64,000 nucleotides of DNA from a virus. Where the stretch lies: positions 1-64,000 of IMG/VR virus record IMGVR_UViG_3300028392_001993; one strand, given 5' to 3'. Shown piece after piece: positions 29,006 to 38,690 of this stretch (within the stretch, counting starts at the first letter, position 1; every line of letters begins with the position of its first letter). Both the position numbers and the translations under genes were made by a program. The notes beneath the pieces were generated by a model that was not told the origin of the DNA, did not search any database, and saw nothing but the letters and a program-made list of their open reading frames with translations.

Positions 29006-29857
29006 ATGACTGACTTTGATTCTGATATCGCAGTATTACTGCCCACTAGAGCTCGCACCACCATGGTGGAACGAAGCATTAAAAGTTTATTTGAATTAGC
29101 TGAGCAACCTGATCGAGTTGAAATCGTATTTGGTTACGACAACGACGACACAGTGGGCTTTGATTATTTTAACAAAACCGTGCGTCCTTGGATGGACAAA
29201 AAATCTATTACATATTCGGCCATGAAGTTTGAACCCATGGGCTATATTCGACTCAATGAATATGTAAATGCCATGGCCAAGACTACCAGAGCCAAATGGT
29301 ATATCATCTGGAATGATGATGCGGTGATGCGTACTGTGGGCTGGGATACAGAGATCATTGCCCAAAATGGCAAGTTTAACTTGTTGGCTTTCCATACACA
29401 TAATCAACATCCTTACAGTATCTTTCCTATTATTCCATACAAATGGTTTGAGCTATTAGGTTATCTATGTCCTCACCAAATTGGTGATGCTTGGACTAGC
29501 CAACAGGCTTATATGCTGAACATATTCAAACGTATTGATGTTGTGGTCAAACACGACCGCTATGACCTGACAGGAAACAATCAGGATTCAACATTTGCCA
29601 ATCGTCCTATGAAGGAAACAAATCCATTTGAGCCCGGTGATTTTAACCATGTAGACATGACTAATTTACGAATAAGTGATTGTGTTAAATTGGCCAACTA
29701 TATGAAAAGTATTGGTATGGATACGCAATATTTTGAAAACATTCTAGCAGGCAAACAAGATCCCTGGGAGATGTTGGTACGTAACGATGTGCTCCGACAA
29801 CAAGTACAATGGAAAATAGATCACGATAATCAACGAGTAGAAAGACCAAAAAAATGA
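29006..29857 (+). CDS. GT-A fold (GT2-like) glycosyltransferase
   Basis: LPTRAR, YDNDD, WNDD, YSIFPI shared with 26130-26972. Confidence 0.7.
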   Translation: MTDFDSDIAVLLPTRARTTMVERSIKSLFELAEQPDRVEIVFGYDNDDTVGFDYFNKTVRPWMDKKSITYSAMKFEPMGYIRLNEYVNAMAKTTRAKWYIIWNDDAVMRTVGWDTEIIAQNGKFNLLAFHTHNQHPYSIFPIIPYKWFELLGYLCPHQIGDAWTSQQAYMLNIFKRIDVVVKHDRYDLTGNNQDSTFANRPMKETNPFEPGDFNHVDMTNLRISDCVKLANYMKSIGMDTQYFENILAGKQDPWEMLVRNDVLRQQVQWKIDHDNQRVERPKK

Positions 29858-30636
29858 CAGATCACAATTTAGAAGAACGTATTGTGCGTTACTGGAACGC
29901 ACAGCCTTGCAATATTAAGCATGGCAAAAGCGAAGTAGGTACCTTGGAGTTTTACCAAGAAGTTACCGAACGTAGGTATCGGGTGGAACCACACATGAAA
30001 GAATTTGCTAGTTTTCATCTCTGGACCGGGAAACGTGTGTTGGAGATTGGCTGCGGCATTGGTACTGATGCGGCTGAGTTTGCTAGACTTGGTGCAGACT
30101 ATACTGCCATTGACATCAGTACCAATACAATCGAGTTGGCCAAGAAACGTTTTGAAGTAGAAGGTCTCGAAGGTACATTTGTTTGTGGTGACGCTAGCGA
30201 TCCTAAAACATACAAGGATTTGGGCAAGTTTGATTTAGTATACAGTTGCGGCGTGATGCATCATTTCCCTAAAATTGACGAAATGATTCAAAATGCTTAT
30301 GATGCGTTAGAACCAAATGGAGAGTTTAGATTTTTGGTATATGCCAAGAACTCCTGGAAGTACAGTATGATTCGTAAAGGTCTGGATCAATTTGAAGCAC
30401 AAGCAGGTTGCCCTTTTGCACAGGCTTACTCAAATGACGAAGTATATAAACTTTTGGGCGATCGATTCCACATTGAGAGGTTGCGTCAGGCCCACTGTTT
30501 CATGTATAATGTAGAAGCGTACAAACAAGGAAGATATGAACTGGAGCCGTGGTTTGCGGCCATGCCAGAAGAAATGCGCGAAGCGGTGAAAGAATATTTA
30601 GGTTGGCATTTGTTAGTTAAAGCAAGGAAAGTATGA
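29854..30636 (+). CDS. Class I SAM-dependent methyltransferase
   Basis: VLEIGCGIG, IDIS, FDLVYS.GVMHH. Confidence 0.9.
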   Translation: MTDHNLEERIVRYWNAQPCNIKHGKSEVGTLEFYQEVTERRYRVEPHMKEFASFHLWTGKRVLEIGCGIGTDAAEFARLGADYTAIDISTNTIELAKKRFEVEGLEGTFVCGDASDPKTYKDLGKFDLVYSCGVMHHFPKIDEMIQNAYDALEPNGEFRFLVYAKNSWKYSMIRKGLDQFEAQAGCPFAQAYSNDEVYKLLGDRFHIERLRQAHCFMYNVEAYKQGRYELEPWFAAMPEEMREAVKEYLGWHLLVKARKV

Positions 30637-31484
30637 GTAAACTCAAAGTAGCAGAACTGTTTTATAGTGTGCAAGGAGAAGGCCGGTACATGGGTGTGCC
30701 TAGTGTGTTCTTGCGTGTGTTTGGATGTAACTTTAAATGTGCCGGTTTTGGCATGCCTCGAGGAGAACTAAGTGATGAAGCAAACAACATTAACCCAGAT
30801 CTGTATACTGAGTATAAGTCGTTGCCTCTTGTGTCTACAGGTTGTGATAGTTACGCTAGTTGGGATCCTAGGTTTCGTCATCTTAGTCCCGTTCTTGATA
30901 CTGGTACGATTGCCGATGCTATTGTGGATACGCTACCGTACAAGGAATGGCGCGACGAACATCTCGTGATCACTGGTGGTGAACCATTGCTAGGTTGGCA
31001 ACGTGCTTACCCAGATTTGTTGGGTCATCCCAAGATGTCAAACTTGAAAGAGATTACATTTGAAACAAATGGTACTCAACCACTGGACGATTCTTTTAAA
31101 CAACATCTGCACACATGGACCTTACATCATGGTCAAGACTTTTATAGAGAAGTAACATTCAGTGTCAGTGCCAAGTTACCCGGCTCAGGTGAGTCATGGG
31201 CAGATGCTATATGTCCAGAAGTGGTGTGTGAATATGAAGAATATGGTTACACATACTTGAAATTGGTAATAGCAACAGAACAGGATTTGACAGATGCAGA
31301 ACGTGCAGTTGAAGAATATCGTGCGGCTGGGTTTACTGGTCATGTGTATGTTATGCCTGTTGGCGGGGTTGAGCGGGTGTACCATCTTAATAATAGAGCA
31401 GTGGCAGAGATGGCAATGCGAAAAGGCTGGAGATACTCAGACAGACTCCAAGTCCCGCTGTTTAAAAACGAATGGGGAACCTGA
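30633..31484 (+). CDS. queE: 7-carboxy-7-deazaguanine synthase
   Basis: ELFYSVQGEG...G.PSVFLR..GCNFKC...CDS; TGGEPL; ETNG; RLQVPL. Confidence 0.9.
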   Translation: MSKLKVAELFYSVQGEGRYMGVPSVFLRVFGCNFKCAGFGMPRGELSDEANNINPDLYTEYKSLPLVSTGCDSYASWDPRFRHLSPVLDTGTIADAIVDTLPYKEWRDEHLVITGGEPLLGWQRAYPDLLGHPKMSNLKEITFETNGTQPLDDSFKQHLHTWTLHHGQDFYREVTFSVSAKLPGSGESWADAICPEVVCEYEEYGYTYLKLVIATEQDLTDAERAVEEYRAAGFTGHVYVMPVGGVERVYHLNNRAVAEMAMRKGWRYSDRLQVPLFKNEWGT

Positions 31485-31873
31485 TGGGAATATTTGATCG
31501 ATTTCGCAAAAAGCCGGAACCAAAAGTCCGGGCCGAGCCTAAACCTAAGGCACCAGAGAAAACTGAAAAACAACTGGCCACCGAAAAAAACGAGCCTTAT
31601 GTTAGTATTCTCAGGATGGATATCGATCCCAACAACTTGCACCAAGGTGCATTTGAACTAGACTGGAATGAAATCTTTGTGGCACGGCTGGTCAAGGCCG
31701 GTTATATGATGAAACCCGACGATGTTGATGCCGAGATTGTGGATCGGTGGTTCCAAAATATCTGCAGGCATGTTGTTATGGAAACTTGGGAACAGGAACA
31801 GGCCATAAACAAATACAGCAATCAGTATGTAAACAGCCGCGACATCGGTGGCGGCCGGAGTGAAGTAAGTTGA
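31484..31873 (+). CDS. Hypothetical protein
   Basis: ATG overlaps queE stop; coupled to next gene. Confidence 0.65.
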   Translation: MGIFDRFRKKPEPKVRAEPKPKAPEKTEKQLATEKNEPYVSILRMDIDPNNLHQGAFELDWNEIFVARLVKAGYMMKPDDVDAEIVDRWFQNICRHVVMETWEQEQAINKYSNQYVNSRDIGGGRSEVS

Positions 31874-32568
31874 ATATATACTTTAATGGTGATAGTTATG
31901 TTGAGGGTACAGAACTTGATGATCCTGCAACTCAAAGTTTTGCCGCAAAGTTATCTGCTAAATTAAATGCACAATTTATAAATCAAGCAGAGAATGGTTC
32001 GAGCAACAGTTTGATCATACGCAAGATGACCGAGTACTTGTACCAGTGCAAACAAACAAACACTTTTCCAGATCTTGTTGTAATTGGTTGGAGCGAGGCC
32101 ACTCGAGAAGACTGTTTTATACTCAATGAGTATAGATCGCTTGCTGGAACTGGTCCTGATCATGAACTCATTGATCCTGATGAGTATAGATATTGGAGTT
32201 ATAACAATCAAAACTGGCAGTACCGGCACCAACTATGTAAGTTTTATAATAGAGCCATACACAACCTGCACCTAGAATTACAATATTTAAAAATACCTCA
32301 TTTGTTCTTCAATGCTATTGAACCTTTAAACAAGATAGAGATTTCAGCTCCAGGTATAGCCCATGAAAATGGAAATAATATTTTAAAATTAGAGTGGCAT
32401 GACTGTTATTTTTATCCTTATGATAGACTTGATATGGCCTGGCGAGATTGGGCAACCGAACGTAATTATCAGCAAGTTACTCCTGACTTTTATCATTTTA
32501 AAGAAGATTGTCATGCAGCCTGGACAGACGTAATCTACAATTATATTAAAGAAAAAAACATAGCATGA
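31870..32568 (+). CDS. SGNH/GDSL hydrolase-like protein
   Basis: NGDS block I, G.SN block II, C-terminal H. Confidence 0.6.
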   Translation: MNIYFNGDSYVEGTELDDPATQSFAAKLSAKLNAQFINQAENGSSNSLIIRKMTEYLYQCKQTNTFPDLVVIGWSEATREDCFILNEYRSLAGTGPDHELIDPDEYRYWSYNNQNWQYRHQLCKFYNRAIHNLHLELQYLKIPHLFFNAIEPLNKIEISAPGIAHENGNNILKLEWHDCYFYPYDRLDMAWRDWATERNYQQVTPDFYHFKEDCHAAWTDVIYNYIKEKNIA

Positions 32569-33047
32569 TATTCAATCACATCAAACAACTCAAACAAGAC
32601 GGAAAGAAAATTGGCATTACTTTCTCCACTTTCGATATGCTCCACGCAGGACACATTGCCATGCTCTCGGAAGCCAAGAATCACTGTGACTACCTGATCT
32701 GTGGGCTCCAAACAGACCCGACTATCGATAGACCTGACACTAAAAATCACCCTATACAAAGTATTGTGGAGCGACAAATACAATTGGCCGCATGCCGTTA
32801 CGTTGATGAAGTTGTTGTGTATCAAACCGAACAAGATCTTATTGACTTGCTGTTGATACTGCCATTAGATGTTCGCATACTAGGTGTGGAATATCAAGAC
32901 AAGGATTTCTCTGGTCGTGACGAATGTTATGATCGCGGCATCGAGTTGGTGTTCAATGGTAGAGATCATTCGTTCTCCAGTTCAAGTCTACGCAAACGTG
33001 TGGTCGCGGCTGAAACTTACAAGGTGTTAAAAGATGGAACCACTTAA
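32565..33047 (+). CDS. Cytidylyltransferase (TagD-like)
   Basis: FSTFDMLHAGH HxGH motif; ER, SSS.LR. Confidence 0.85.
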   Translation: MIFNHIKQLKQDGKKIGITFSTFDMLHAGHIAMLSEAKNHCDYLICGLQTDPTIDRPDTKNHPIQSIVERQIQLAACRYVDEVVVYQTEQDLIDLLLILPLDVRILGVEYQDKDFSGRDECYDRGIELVFNGRDHSFSSSSLRKRVVAAETYKVLKDGTT

Positions 33048-33276
33048 ACCACCAGCCACATACAAAGTTTACACAGTAATTAAACAAACCGGCATGAGCA
33101 TGAACTATGTTTATGTATCTATGCAGAGTAGCATAAACTACGGGGCTGGTTTTTACGGGACCAGACGCGAAGCCGAGCAGGCTCGCACGTTCGAACTGCT
33201 CAAAGAAACCACAGTGCCTAAACCTCAGTTTCATGTTTTTGAACTTGAAGTGCCCAACCCAGCATACCAAGAATGA
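33034..33276 (+). CDS. Hypothetical protein
   Basis: 80-aa ORF coupled to both neighbours. Confidence 0.55.
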   Translation: MEPLKPPATYKVYTVIKQTGMSMNYVYVSMQSSINYGAGFYGTRREAEQARTFELLKETTVPKPQFHVFELEVPNPAYQE

Positions 33277-34001
33277 TACTGTACGTAAATGGTTGCAGTC
33301 ACAGTGCGGCCGCAGAAGCCGCTGTTGTTCATTCTTGGGCCTGTGATGATGGAGCATTATGGCAACGCGGCGATGAGCCGCATCCTGAAAATCTAGCAGT
33401 CAGTTATGGTCGACATATTGCTGATGCATTGGGTGCAGAGTTAATTTGTCAGGCCAGTTCTGGAGGCAGTAACGATCGTATTATACGTATCACAAAGAAA
33501 TGGATTGAAAATAATCCAGACAAATTGGCTGATACATTTATGATCTTACAATGGACCACTTGGGAACGAGAAGAGTGGTTTCACAAAGGTAAATGGTATC
33601 AAGTTAACGCATCAGGTATAGACATAGTGCCACCCGAGTTACAAGAACGCTACAAAAACTACGTTATAAATGTAGACTGGAATATCAAAACCCCCGAAGC
33701 ACACGAAAAGATTTGGGCAATGCATCAGTACCTTAATGAGCAGGGCATACGACATTTGTTCTTTAGTGGACATAGTACATTTAGTGATATCCAAAATCAA
33801 TTTGATTGGGGCAAGGACTATATGCATCCATATGTTCGGGAAGAATCCTACCATAATTGGCTAATAAACAACGGTGGAACCTATTCTCACCCCGAAGGTT
33901 ACCATTTTGATGCCAAAAGTCATAGACTTTGGGCAGATCATGTGTTACAATACATCTATGATAACAACTTGATTGCATCTGATGAAATACGTACTGATTG
34001 A
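33273..34001 (+). CDS. SGNH/GDSL hydrolase-like protein
   Basis: NGCSHS, GGSNDRI, C-terminal YHF...H...A; paralog of 31870. Confidence 0.6.
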   Translation: MILYVNGCSHSAAAEAAVVHSWACDDGALWQRGDEPHPENLAVSYGRHIADALGAELICQASSGGSNDRIIRITKKWIENNPDKLADTFMILQWTTWEREEWFHKGKWYQVNASGIDIVPPELQERYKNYVINVDWNIKTPEAHEKIWAMHQYLNEQGIRHLFFSGHSTFSDIQNQFDWGKDYMHPYVREESYHNWLINNGGTYSHPEGYHFDAKSHRLWADHVLQYIYDNNLIASDEIRTD

Positions 34002-35031
34002 CACTGCCAATATGTTTTTTCGTGCTAGACACGGAGCGTTTAGAGCCGCAGACTCTTGGACCAAACTAGGCTTTGCTCTGCACGTTACACTAATGGCAGT
34101 GAACAAGATGGCCAAGCGATTTGAAGCAGATCACGTGGTGTTTGCACTGGAAGGACGCTCGTGGCGCAAGGACTACTATAAACCTTACAAGGCTAACCGT
34201 GCTGTGGCTCGGGGTAAAATGACCGAAGAGGAAGCAGAAGAAGATAAACTGTTCTGGGAAACATATGACGAACTGACTAAATACTTGGCTACTAAAACTA
34301 ATTGTAGCGTTATCCGATGTGCCACTGCCGAAGCAGATGATATCATAGCACGTTGGATTGCTTTGCACCCCCAAGACGAACACGTTATTATCAGCTCAGA
34401 TTCTGACTTTGTACAATTACTTGCACCCAACGTCACACAATACAATGGCATTAGTGATGAACTGTTAACTCTGGAGGGCATATTTGATGCTAAAGGTAAC
34501 CACGTCAATGATAAGAAAACTAAACAGCCAAAAACGATCCCGGATCCGGCCTGGTTGTTATTTGAGAAGTGTATGCGTGGCGACAGCTCAGACAACGTAT
34601 TCAGTGCGTATCCTGGAGTACGTGAGAAAGGCACAAAGAATAAAGTTGGTCTCCGTGAGGCCTTTGGAGACAGAGACCGTCGCGGATACAATTGGAACAA
34701 TCTAATGTTGCAACGTTGGACCGACCATGAGGGTGCCGAGCACCGTGTGTTAGATGACTATGAACGCAATCGTGTGCTAGTTGATCTTACAGCACAACCA
34801 GATGATATCAAGAACACTATAGACACAGCCATATGTGAGCAAGTGAGTCACAAGGATGTAGGACAAGTGGGAGTGAGATTTATGCAATTCTGCGGCAAGT
34901 ACGAATTGAACAAATGTAGCGATGCGGCCGAACAGTTTGGTCGCTGGCTCAATGAAACATATAAAGGAGTGCTAGATGATATTAGCCAAACCAGTAGTAG
35001 ACAATCAGTATTACATACTCAAGAAGGATGA
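33982..35031 (+). CDS. RNase H / 5'-3' exonuclease (T4 rnh-like)
   Basis: LIDTAN, EADDII, SSDSDF.QL, GDSSDNV. Confidence 0.9.
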   Translation: MKYVLIDTANMFFRARHGAFRAADSWTKLGFALHVTLMAVNKMAKRFEADHVVFALEGRSWRKDYYKPYKANRAVARGKMTEEEAEEDKLFWETYDELTKYLATKTNCSVIRCATAEADDIIARWIALHPQDEHVIISSDSDFVQLLAPNVTQYNGISDELLTLEGIFDAKGNHVNDKKTKQPKTIPDPAWLLFEKCMRGDSSDNVFSAYPGVREKGTKNKVGLREAFGDRDRRGYNWNNLMLQRWTDHEGAEHRVLDDYERNRVLVDLTAQPDDIKNTIDTAICEQVSHKDVGQVGVRFMQFCGKYELNKCSDAAEQFGRWLNETYKGVLDDISQTSSRQSVLHTQEG

Positions 35032-35416
35032 TCGCAAGATTGGCCAACTTGAAGTAAAAGAAAACGGTAATTGTACAATAAAAATTCTCGATAGTGTAGT
35101 AAGTTATAAAACTATCAAGATGGCTCGAGAGGCGGTTGACATCCAATTCGAGCCAGCTGAAACAGCAACTCCATTACCACCAAACGTGGTTTATGGTCAC
35201 GAAGTCGCGGGCGAAGTGTTTAATCCATTATGGGATGTCAAACACAAGTTACCATTGTTCACCAGAGAAGACAAAAGCAAGTCGTGGTTTGCCGCGGGTT
35301 GGTACAAGGTCAAGCAACATCGCAAATGGCGAGCTGTGCAACACCCTAAACTTATCACCTTGGAGCGTTATGCTTATCAAGGTCCCTTTCAAACCAAGGA
35401 ACAAGCAAGTGACTAA
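34976..35416 (+). CDS. Hypothetical protein
   Basis: 146-aa ORF with AAGGAG RBS. Confidence 0.65.
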   Translation: MILAKPVVDNQYYILKKDDRKIGQLEVKENGNCTIKILDSVVSYKTIKMAREAVDIQFEPAETATPLPPNVVYGHEVAGEVFNPLWDVKHKLPLFTREDKSKSWFAAGWYKVKQHRKWRAVQHPKLITLERYAYQGPFQTKEQASD

Positions 35417-35765
35417 TCCATTTAGAGATCAAGAAAAATTCATGCGAGCCTGCGAACAAACAGTAGGCGAGTTCAATGAGGCACAATATCAACTGTATTG
35501 TAATCTTATCAGTGAAGAATTCAACGAACTGGTAGCGAGTACAACCAAAGTAGACGATCTTGATGCACTCATTGATATCCTTGTTGTCACAATTGGTGCT
35601 ATCCATAGTCTTGGGGCAGATCCCGAAGGTGCTTGGAAGGAAGTGATGTCAACAAACTTTGCCAAGATTGACCGACAAACGGGTCGGGTACGCAAACGCG
35701 AGGACGGCAAGGTACTCAAACCTGCTGGCTGGACTCCTCCAGAACTGGAACAGTTTGTGAAATGA
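35409..35765 (+). CDS. MazG-like/PRA-PH-like NTP pyrophosphohydrolase
   Basis: EE..EL...D..D.L.D acidic motif, SN.AK, GKVLKP; GTG start inferred. Confidence 0.75.
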   Translation: MTNPFRDQEKFMRACEQTVGEFNEAQYQLYCNLISEEFNELVASTTKVDDLDALIDILVVTIGAIHSLGADPEGAWKEVMSTNFAKIDRQTGRVRKREDGKVLKPAGWTPPELEQFVK

Positions 35766-35977
35766 GTTTGCATATAAATCGCTTCGTAGACAGCATCAAA
35801 GCACACGAATCGCGTGGTCAACGTGATTTTGTTATGACCATGCGTGAAGCCAAAGATCTGCATAGTGATATTACAAAACTATTACTAACTTTAGAGTCCT
35901 TGCATACCCGAAATACCCAGCCAAAAGAAGAAATAATTACGGTAGAATTGAGTGGTGGCAGTTTCAAAACCACGTAG
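35762..35977 (+). CDS. Hypothetical protein
   Basis: 71-aa ORF, ATGA-coupled. Confidence 0.6.
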   Translation: MSLHINRFVDSIKAHESRGQRDFVMTMREAKDLHSDITKLLLTLESLHTRNTQPKEEIITVELSGGSFKTT

Positions 35978-36005
35978 TTTTTGAGATAAATAAACTACGG
36001 AGATA

Positions 36006-36305
36006 ATGATGTCAAGACCCAAACCAAATGTGTTGATCGAACACACTGACAAAGCAACTTACAAGACCGAACAAGTGTTGGCCTCCGAAGGCGTGTGGGC
36101 AGTTTTTTATGATACTAAACCTATCAATTTGAAAACTTCTAATATGCTCACACAATATCCAGGACCCAAGTACAAGAAGGTCAGCTTCTCAAATCCTGGC
36201 CATGCCAAAAACTTGGCACGTAAACTCAACACACAATTCAAGACCGACAAGTTCACAGTCGTGCTCTTGACGCAGGGGGCGCAAGTATACCCCGATGCCA
36301 AGTAA
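36006..36305 (+). CDS. Hypothetical protein
   Basis: 99-aa ORF with GGAG RBS and ATAAATA upstream. Confidence 0.65.
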   Translation: MMSRPKPNVLIEHTDKATYKTEQVLASEGVWAVFYDTKPINLKTSNMLTQYPGPKYKKVSFSNPGHAKNLARKLNTQFKTDKFTVVLLTQGAQVYPDAK

Positions 36306-36654
36306 ACAATACCTTACCCAACAACTGTTAAATCAATTACCGGCAGATGACCGGCTCAGTGTTGAGCAGGCATTAAAATCGTGGTGGCAAGATCCGCGTG
36401 ACGATAGTGGATTGAGATTGAGTATTTCAGGCTACGATGTTTTTAAATTTTTAAAAATTGAACTGCACGATTTCGAATTTACCAAGGCAATGAGTCCCAG
36501 TTTGTTGATGACCTTGAATCGTAAACTGGACTGCCCTTACTTTCTCAAGGGCAGTAAGACCCCTAAGTTAATTTTGTTTGGTAGTCAGCAAGCCATCATG
36601 TATGCCATGTACGGTGATATGGAAAAGTTTTTACGCTATTTGGATCGTACATAA
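36295..36654 (+). CDS. Hypothetical protein
   Basis: 119-aa ORF overlapping upstream gene. Confidence 0.6.
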   Translation: MPSKQYLTQQLLNQLPADDRLSVEQALKSWWQDPRDDSGLRLSISGYDVFKFLKIELHDFEFTKAMSPSLLMTLNRKLDCPYFLKGSKTPKLILFGSQQAIMYAMYGDMEKFLRYLDRT

Positions 36655-36715
36655 AATGTAACCCAAAGTATTACTTTTTAGAAACCCAAAAATGTAACAA
36701 AAAGTACTACTTTTT
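36653..36715. repeat. Two tandem 27-nt units each containing an AAAGTAnTACTTT palindrome
   Basis: AAAATGTAACCCAAAGTATTACTTTTT at 36653 and AAAATGTAACAAAAAGTACTACTTTTT at 36689. Confidence 0.75.
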
Positions 36716-36741
36716 TGTTGCAAAATACAATGAAATTTCGG

Positions 36742-36770
36742 TTGACCAGAAATGTCCATTTTGCTATAAT
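36742..36770 (+). promoter_or_regulatory. Early-type promoter
   Basis: TTGACC-17 nt-TGCTATAAT type; near-identical architecture at 37114. Confidence 0.75.
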
Positions 36771-36776
36771 ACTTGT

Positions 36777-37124
36777 ATGGAACTTAAAAAGCAGTCACGC
36801 AAAAAGCGCACCGATCGTACACACATTGTTTACTTCATCCAAATTGGACTAGAGTACTACATTGGTGTTACAGCAAAAACCCAACGCACAATAACAATGT
36901 CGTTGCGCTCACGCATCAACAAGCATATCTATCGCTCACGCACAGAAGACAAATCATGGCGCCTGTACGAAGCAATTCGTGGCGCTGGTGAGTCGGCTGT
37001 TAATTTTGCAATCATAGACATTGTGCGTGGCAAGACCCAAGCACACCAACTAGAGCGCGAACTAATACGAAAGTATACACCTGCTCTCAACACTGATGTG
37101 CGTACAAAAACGGTTGACCAATAA
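36777..37124 (+). CDS. GIY-YIG nuclease-like protein
   Basis: IVY....YYIGVT, R...H, E..LI...P.LN; catalytic domain only. Confidence 0.6.
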   Translation: MELKKQSRKKRTDRTHIVYFIQIGLEYYIGVTAKTQRTITMSLRSRINKHIYRSRTEDKSWRLYEAIRGAGESAVNFAIIDIVRGKTQAHQLERELIRKYTPALNTDVRTKTVDQ

Positions 37125-37142
37125 TTACCGATTTGCTATAAT
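37114..37142 (+). promoter_or_regulatory. Early-type promoter
   Basis: TTGACC-17 nt-TATAAT with TG extension. Confidence 0.75.
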
Positions 37143-37172
37143 ATACACATAAAGACACAAAAGGAACCTAAA

Positions 37173-37436
37173 ATGAGTTGGAACAGTTTTATTGCACAAG
37201 TAGCCGAAGATCAAGCAAACGCACTAGTATTTGGCCACAGTCGCCGCATTACCGGTGCCGGGCAAGCCGCTTATATACGCTACGGCAAGGGCCCACGTGC
37301 ATTGTATAATGCATTAGACAAAGCCCTGCCTGCCGCTATAGACCGTGCAAAAGCCAGAAAAAATGCAAGTCACATTGCCGAATTGGAACGTGCTGGTTTT
37401 ACAGTAACTAAAAACACAGAAACACAAGGAGCCTAA
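37173..37436 (+). CDS. Hypothetical early protein
   Basis: AAGGA RBS; same leader (AAGGA-CCTAAAATG) as next gene. Confidence 0.65.
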   Translation: MSWNSFIAQVAEDQANALVFGHSRRITGAGQAAYIRYGKGPRALYNALDKALPAAIDRAKARKNASHIAELERAGFTVTKNTETQGA

Positions 37437-37437
37437 A

Positions 37438-37785
37438 ATGACAGTAACAGTAAACGGTGTCAAAGTAGACACAATCGTAGCCGAAGCCAAGTCAGCCGCT
37501 CGTGAAGCCGCTGAACGTTTCTTCCAAGAAAAACTAAACGGTCGAGATCAGTTTGCCTGTGGCTTTGCCTGGGTTGACATCTTTGGTGTCAAGGGCAATA
37601 CCAAACTGGGTCGTGCTCTCAAAGAAGCAGGCGTGAGCAAGAGTCACACAGGTGCTTTCCAAATTTGGAATCCAGCCAATATGTACGTGCAAAACGTAGA
37701 CACCCTGGAAGCAGGTGCCCAAGCGGCGGCTGATGTGTTTAAGAAATACGGCTTCTCTGCCTACGCTGGTAGCCGTTTAGACTAA
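37438..37785 (+). CDS. Hypothetical early protein
   Basis: AAGGAG RBS; 115 aa. Confidence 0.7.
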   Translation: MTVTVNGVKVDTIVAEAKSAAREAAERFFQEKLNGRDQFACGFAWVDIFGVKGNTKLGRALKEAGVSKSHTGAFQIWNPANMYVQNVDTLEAGAQAAADVFKKYGFSAYAGSRLD

Positions 37786-37874
37786 GGAAAATTATGATCG
37801 AAATGTTCTTATTCCTGGCCATTACCTTTGCAATCAAAGTTTGGTTTATTAACAAATATATGTAAGGAAATCAT

Positions 37875-38057
37875 ATGAGACTATCACCACTTGACGAGCG
37901 TATGAACGCAGACATTGATGCGCTGATTGCCAAATTGGAAGCGGCAAAGACCTCACGCACTTATCTACAACGTGCAAGCCTTGTGGGCAAGGTTGCTGAA
38001 CAGTGCCAAAGTTATGAATTTTATTGGGAAGATAGACTTTACAGTTTAATGGACTAA
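37875..38057 (+). CDS. Hypothetical protein
   Basis: AAGGA RBS; 60 aa. Confidence 0.55.
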   Translation: MRLSPLDERMNADIDALIAKLEAAKTSRTYLQRASLVGKVAEQCQSYEFYWEDRLYSLMD

Positions 38058-38059
38058 CT

Positions 38060-38284
38060 ATGCAAAAGCGGGTTAAAGAATTAATGGCACAGACGCTGGA
38101 CGAAAAGTTCAGCCATACCTGGACCACCTTGACCCCCGCGGACTTGGAAAAGTTTGTGAAACACTTTGCTGAGTTGTTGATCCGCGACTGTGCTGATGTT
38201 GCCTACAGGTTTGATGGACTTACACTAGGACAAGGCTACACCATTGCCAAGCACATCAAAAAGAACTATGAGGTTGAAGAATGA
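38060..38284 (+). CDS. Hypothetical protein
   Basis: 74 aa in a tightly packed run. Confidence 0.55.
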   Translation: MQKRVKELMAQTLDEKFSHTWTTLTPADLEKFVKHFAELLIRDCADVAYRFDGLTLGQGYTIAKHIKKNYEVEE

Positions 38285-38457
38285 ACGAACTTGAAACTGC
38301 CCTAAAAAATCACGACTGGAGTCTGGATGGATGGAAAACTCGTACTGAACTAGATCGATTGATGAAAGAGAATCCCGATACAGGCAAAGCACTATGGGAA
38401 CAATATTGTCCGTGGAGTGATACCAATGGTGGGTATATCAAATGGAGTCAGAAATGA
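38281..38457 (+). CDS. Hypothetical protein (58 aa, not in ORF track)
   Basis: MNELETALKNHDW...SQK; ATGA overlaps at both ends. Confidence 0.55.
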   Translation: MNELETALKNHDWSLDGWKTRTELDRLMKENPDTGKALWEQYCPWSDTNGGYIKWSQK

Positions 38458-38690
38458 ACCAGATCAGTCAGTATCTCGTCAGCATTGATCGGCCACCCTA
38501 TGTGGATGGTCGGCGAGTAGGGCAGGCCACACCTTGTCGAAGTTATGGTCAGCCCTCTTGGTTTATCTCATTTTATGATGGCTATACTCATACAAGTGAT
38601 CCGGTGTTTACTGACGAAGACGGCCTGAACGGCGCACCCACCGTTCGAGAATACGCAAACAATTTAGGATATGAACCATGTATCAATTAA
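38454..38690 (+). CDS. Hypothetical protein
   Basis: ATGA-coupled start. Confidence 0.5.
   Translation: MNQISQYLVSIDRPPYVDGRRVGQATPCRSYGQPSWFISFYDGYTHTSDPVFTDEDGLNGAPTVREYANNLGYEPCIN

Noticed and set aside
35136-35408. N-terminal 91 codons of ORF 35136-35765, and 40501-40629 of ORF 40501-41112
   Set aside because: Overlap better-supported genes in another frame; recognisable domains begin at the later GTG/TTG starts.
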